Source of the DNA: Takakia lepidozioides
Lineage: Eukaryota > Plantae > Bryophyta
Assembly: GCA_030704615.1 (NCBI GenBank)
Contig: CM060734.1
Coordinates: forward strand, 18,042,001-18,106,000
DNA: 64,000 nt
Reading direction: 5' to 3'
This document shows, piece after piece, positions 62,001-64,000 of this stretch (position 1 is its first letter; every line of letters starts with the position of its first letter). The translations under genes and the position numbers were made by a program. The notes beneath the pieces are model-generated. The model had not been told where the DNA came from. It was given only the letters and a program-made list of their open reading frames with translations, and made no database searches.

Positions 62001-64000
62001 GCAAACAAAGCCAACAAGTCAGGACCATCGGAAGCAGAAGCAGGCTGGGAGGAAGCTATAGCTAGCAGGCGCTTAGCTAAATCATCAAGAGAGGTATAAG
62101 GTTCAGGAGACTTAATCTCGCCTCTAGTGAGAGCATCAGCGTTAGTGTTAGCTTTGCCCTTCTTGTATTGAATGTCATATTCAAACATCTGTAGCGTAAG
62201 GGACCAGAGAGCAAGACAACCAGATAACTCATGGGGTGTCTTCAAGGCCTTGAGCGGAAGATGATCAGTTTGAACTACAAAAGGACACCCATGTAAGTAC
62301 TGGCGAAAATGCTTAACTCCAAAAATCACAGCAAGTCCTTCTTTATCGGTAATACTGTAATTCTTTTCATGCTTATCAAGATGCCTAGAAGCATAGGCCA
62401 CAACATGCTCTCAACCTTCTCGCTTTTGACACAAGATGGCAGAGACAGCCAGGTCAGAAGCATCTGTCTGCAGGATGAAGGGCTGGGAAAAATCGGGAAA
62501 AACCAGAATGGGTGCACTAGTAAGAGATTCAAAGGTAGAGACTTGAGACTTACCCCAAATGAAACGAACGTCCTTGCATAATAACTGAGTGAGTGTAGCA
62601 GCAATGTTAGCGAAGTGCTTAATGAACCTACGGTAGTAAGAAGCTAACCCAAGAAAGGCACGGATACAATTCTTGTCGCAAGGAGTGGGATATTCCCAGA
62701 CAGCTCGAACTTTGGCTAGGTCAGGACTAATGCCAACAGCAGAGAGGAGATGACCAAGGAAGTGGAGCTCGGTCATGCAAAAGTCACACTTTTTGGCCAT
62801 GACTTTGAGTCTAGCACCTCGTAATCTGCAGAGCACCTGCTTAAGATCGAGCATGTGCGGTTCAAAGTCAGTAGAATACACATTGATATCATCAACATAT
62901 ACTAAAGCACATTCCCATCGTAAGTTACCAAGCACAACGTCCATGAGGCGCTGAAAGGTGGCAGTAGCATTGCAAAGGCCAAATGGCATAGTCTCAAATT
63001 GAAAAAAACCCATTTTGCAAGTAAAAGCTGTCTTTTCCTTAGCAGAGTCAGTGAGAGGTACTTGCCAAAACCCTGCAGCGAGATCCAAGGATGAAAACAA
63101 GGTAGCACCATTGAGCTGATCCAAGGTGTCATTTATGCGAGGCAAAGGATAAACATCATTTTCAGTGAGAGCATTGAGGCGGCAAAAATCAACACAAAAG
63201 CGGGTTGTACCATCCTTCTTGGCCACCAATACAATGGGGCTGGCCCATGGAGAGATAGAGAGCTTAATTATCCCTGCATCCAGCATCTTGGTCAGTTCTT
63301 CTTGCATGACAGTTCGCTCTTTGATACTTTCCCAGTAGGCATATTGTTTAACAGGACCTCCCTCAGTCACAATATCATGTTTGAGAACATCTGTCCTGCC
63401 CAGGTCATGGGAGCCAGCGCTAAAGACATCAAGATGTTCACGGAGGACAGTGTACAGGCGAGTTTTTTCATCCTCGGTGAGGCTGGGACCTATCCTAACC
63501 TCATGCAAGATGCGATCAAGATGAGCAGCTTGTTCAGTGGTGAGAGGGCTAACCTTGGGAGCGGCTGCTGACTGGGCCAGGAGAACTAAGTGATGAACGG
63601 GGTCATCAATCAGGCCAATATCACTGAAATTCAAGGCATGTTGTACCTCACCTAGTGCTGCCAAGGGAGCAGCAGTGATTCGGGCCAGGACCTGCCCTTT
63701 GCGAATGGTGATGGGTATGCACTCAGGATTAGCCACTAGTATGCGCAGCTCACCTTGAAAACCCCAATCCAAGACGCCAGAAGCAATGAGACAATGCTTT
63801 GAAAGCATTAGGCGTTGCCATCCTTCCACCTCAAGATAAGTGCCTTGGGGACATAGAAAGGTTAAGCCAAGGGAAACAATCCGTTGAGAAAAAGCAGGAA
63901 TAACAAAGTCTTCAGGGGTACGAAGGAGAGTAGTGTTCCTTGGGATGGTACCAGATACAAGGGAATCTGCCATTGGTAAACGCTCGGAGGAGCAGTCTTG
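59050..64000 (-). mobile_element. Ty3/Gypsy retrotransposon with a dUTPase-like domain before RT; continues beyond the window
   Basis: RT RFCVDF/LDLAAGFWQ/MPFGLCNA/YVDD, RH QTDASD...NADALTR, IN HLGVDKT...CVPC...APYNPQCNGLTERFN...GPY. Candidate 3' LTR 59050-59930 follows the purine tract GAAAAGGTAGGGA; LTR limits are tentative. Confidence 0.88.
63665..63930 (-). other. dUTPase-like domain in the Pol ORF
   Basis: EDFVIPAFSQRIVSLGLTFLCPQGTY...SGVLDWGFQGELRILVAN...TIRKGQVLARI follows the trimeric dUTPase pattern. Motifs 2 and 3 are degenerate. Confidence 0.7.

Overview
Repeat-rich nuclear DNA from a non-seed land plant. A hornwort or liverwort is inferred from PLS-class PPR genes together with an intron-containing nuclear gene for a bacterial-type sulfate-binding protein. 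One apparently intact host gene (eIF4B-like Gly/Arg-rich protein, 24281-30213, -) sits among pseudogenes (PPR arrays, xanthine dehydrogenase 3' half, DUF2921, B3-domain, Sbp) and decayed transposons. The main finding is a Ty3/Gypsy LTR retrotransposon (~3466-8820, +). Its Pol frame carries a C5 DNA cytosine methyltransferase domain just upstream of RT. It also has a PHD finger after the integrase and an LTR made of two terminal direct repeats around a run of stem-loops. Other notable items: an IS3EU-type DNA transposon with TATGG..CCATA ends and a 6-bp TSD; a Gypsy element with a dUTPase-like domain in the same pre-RT position; two copies of a Gypsy family with a large 3' extra ORF, one of them broken and reordered; and a ~455-bp foldback. 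All calls come from reading motifs by eye with no database searches, and most TE boundaries are approximate.
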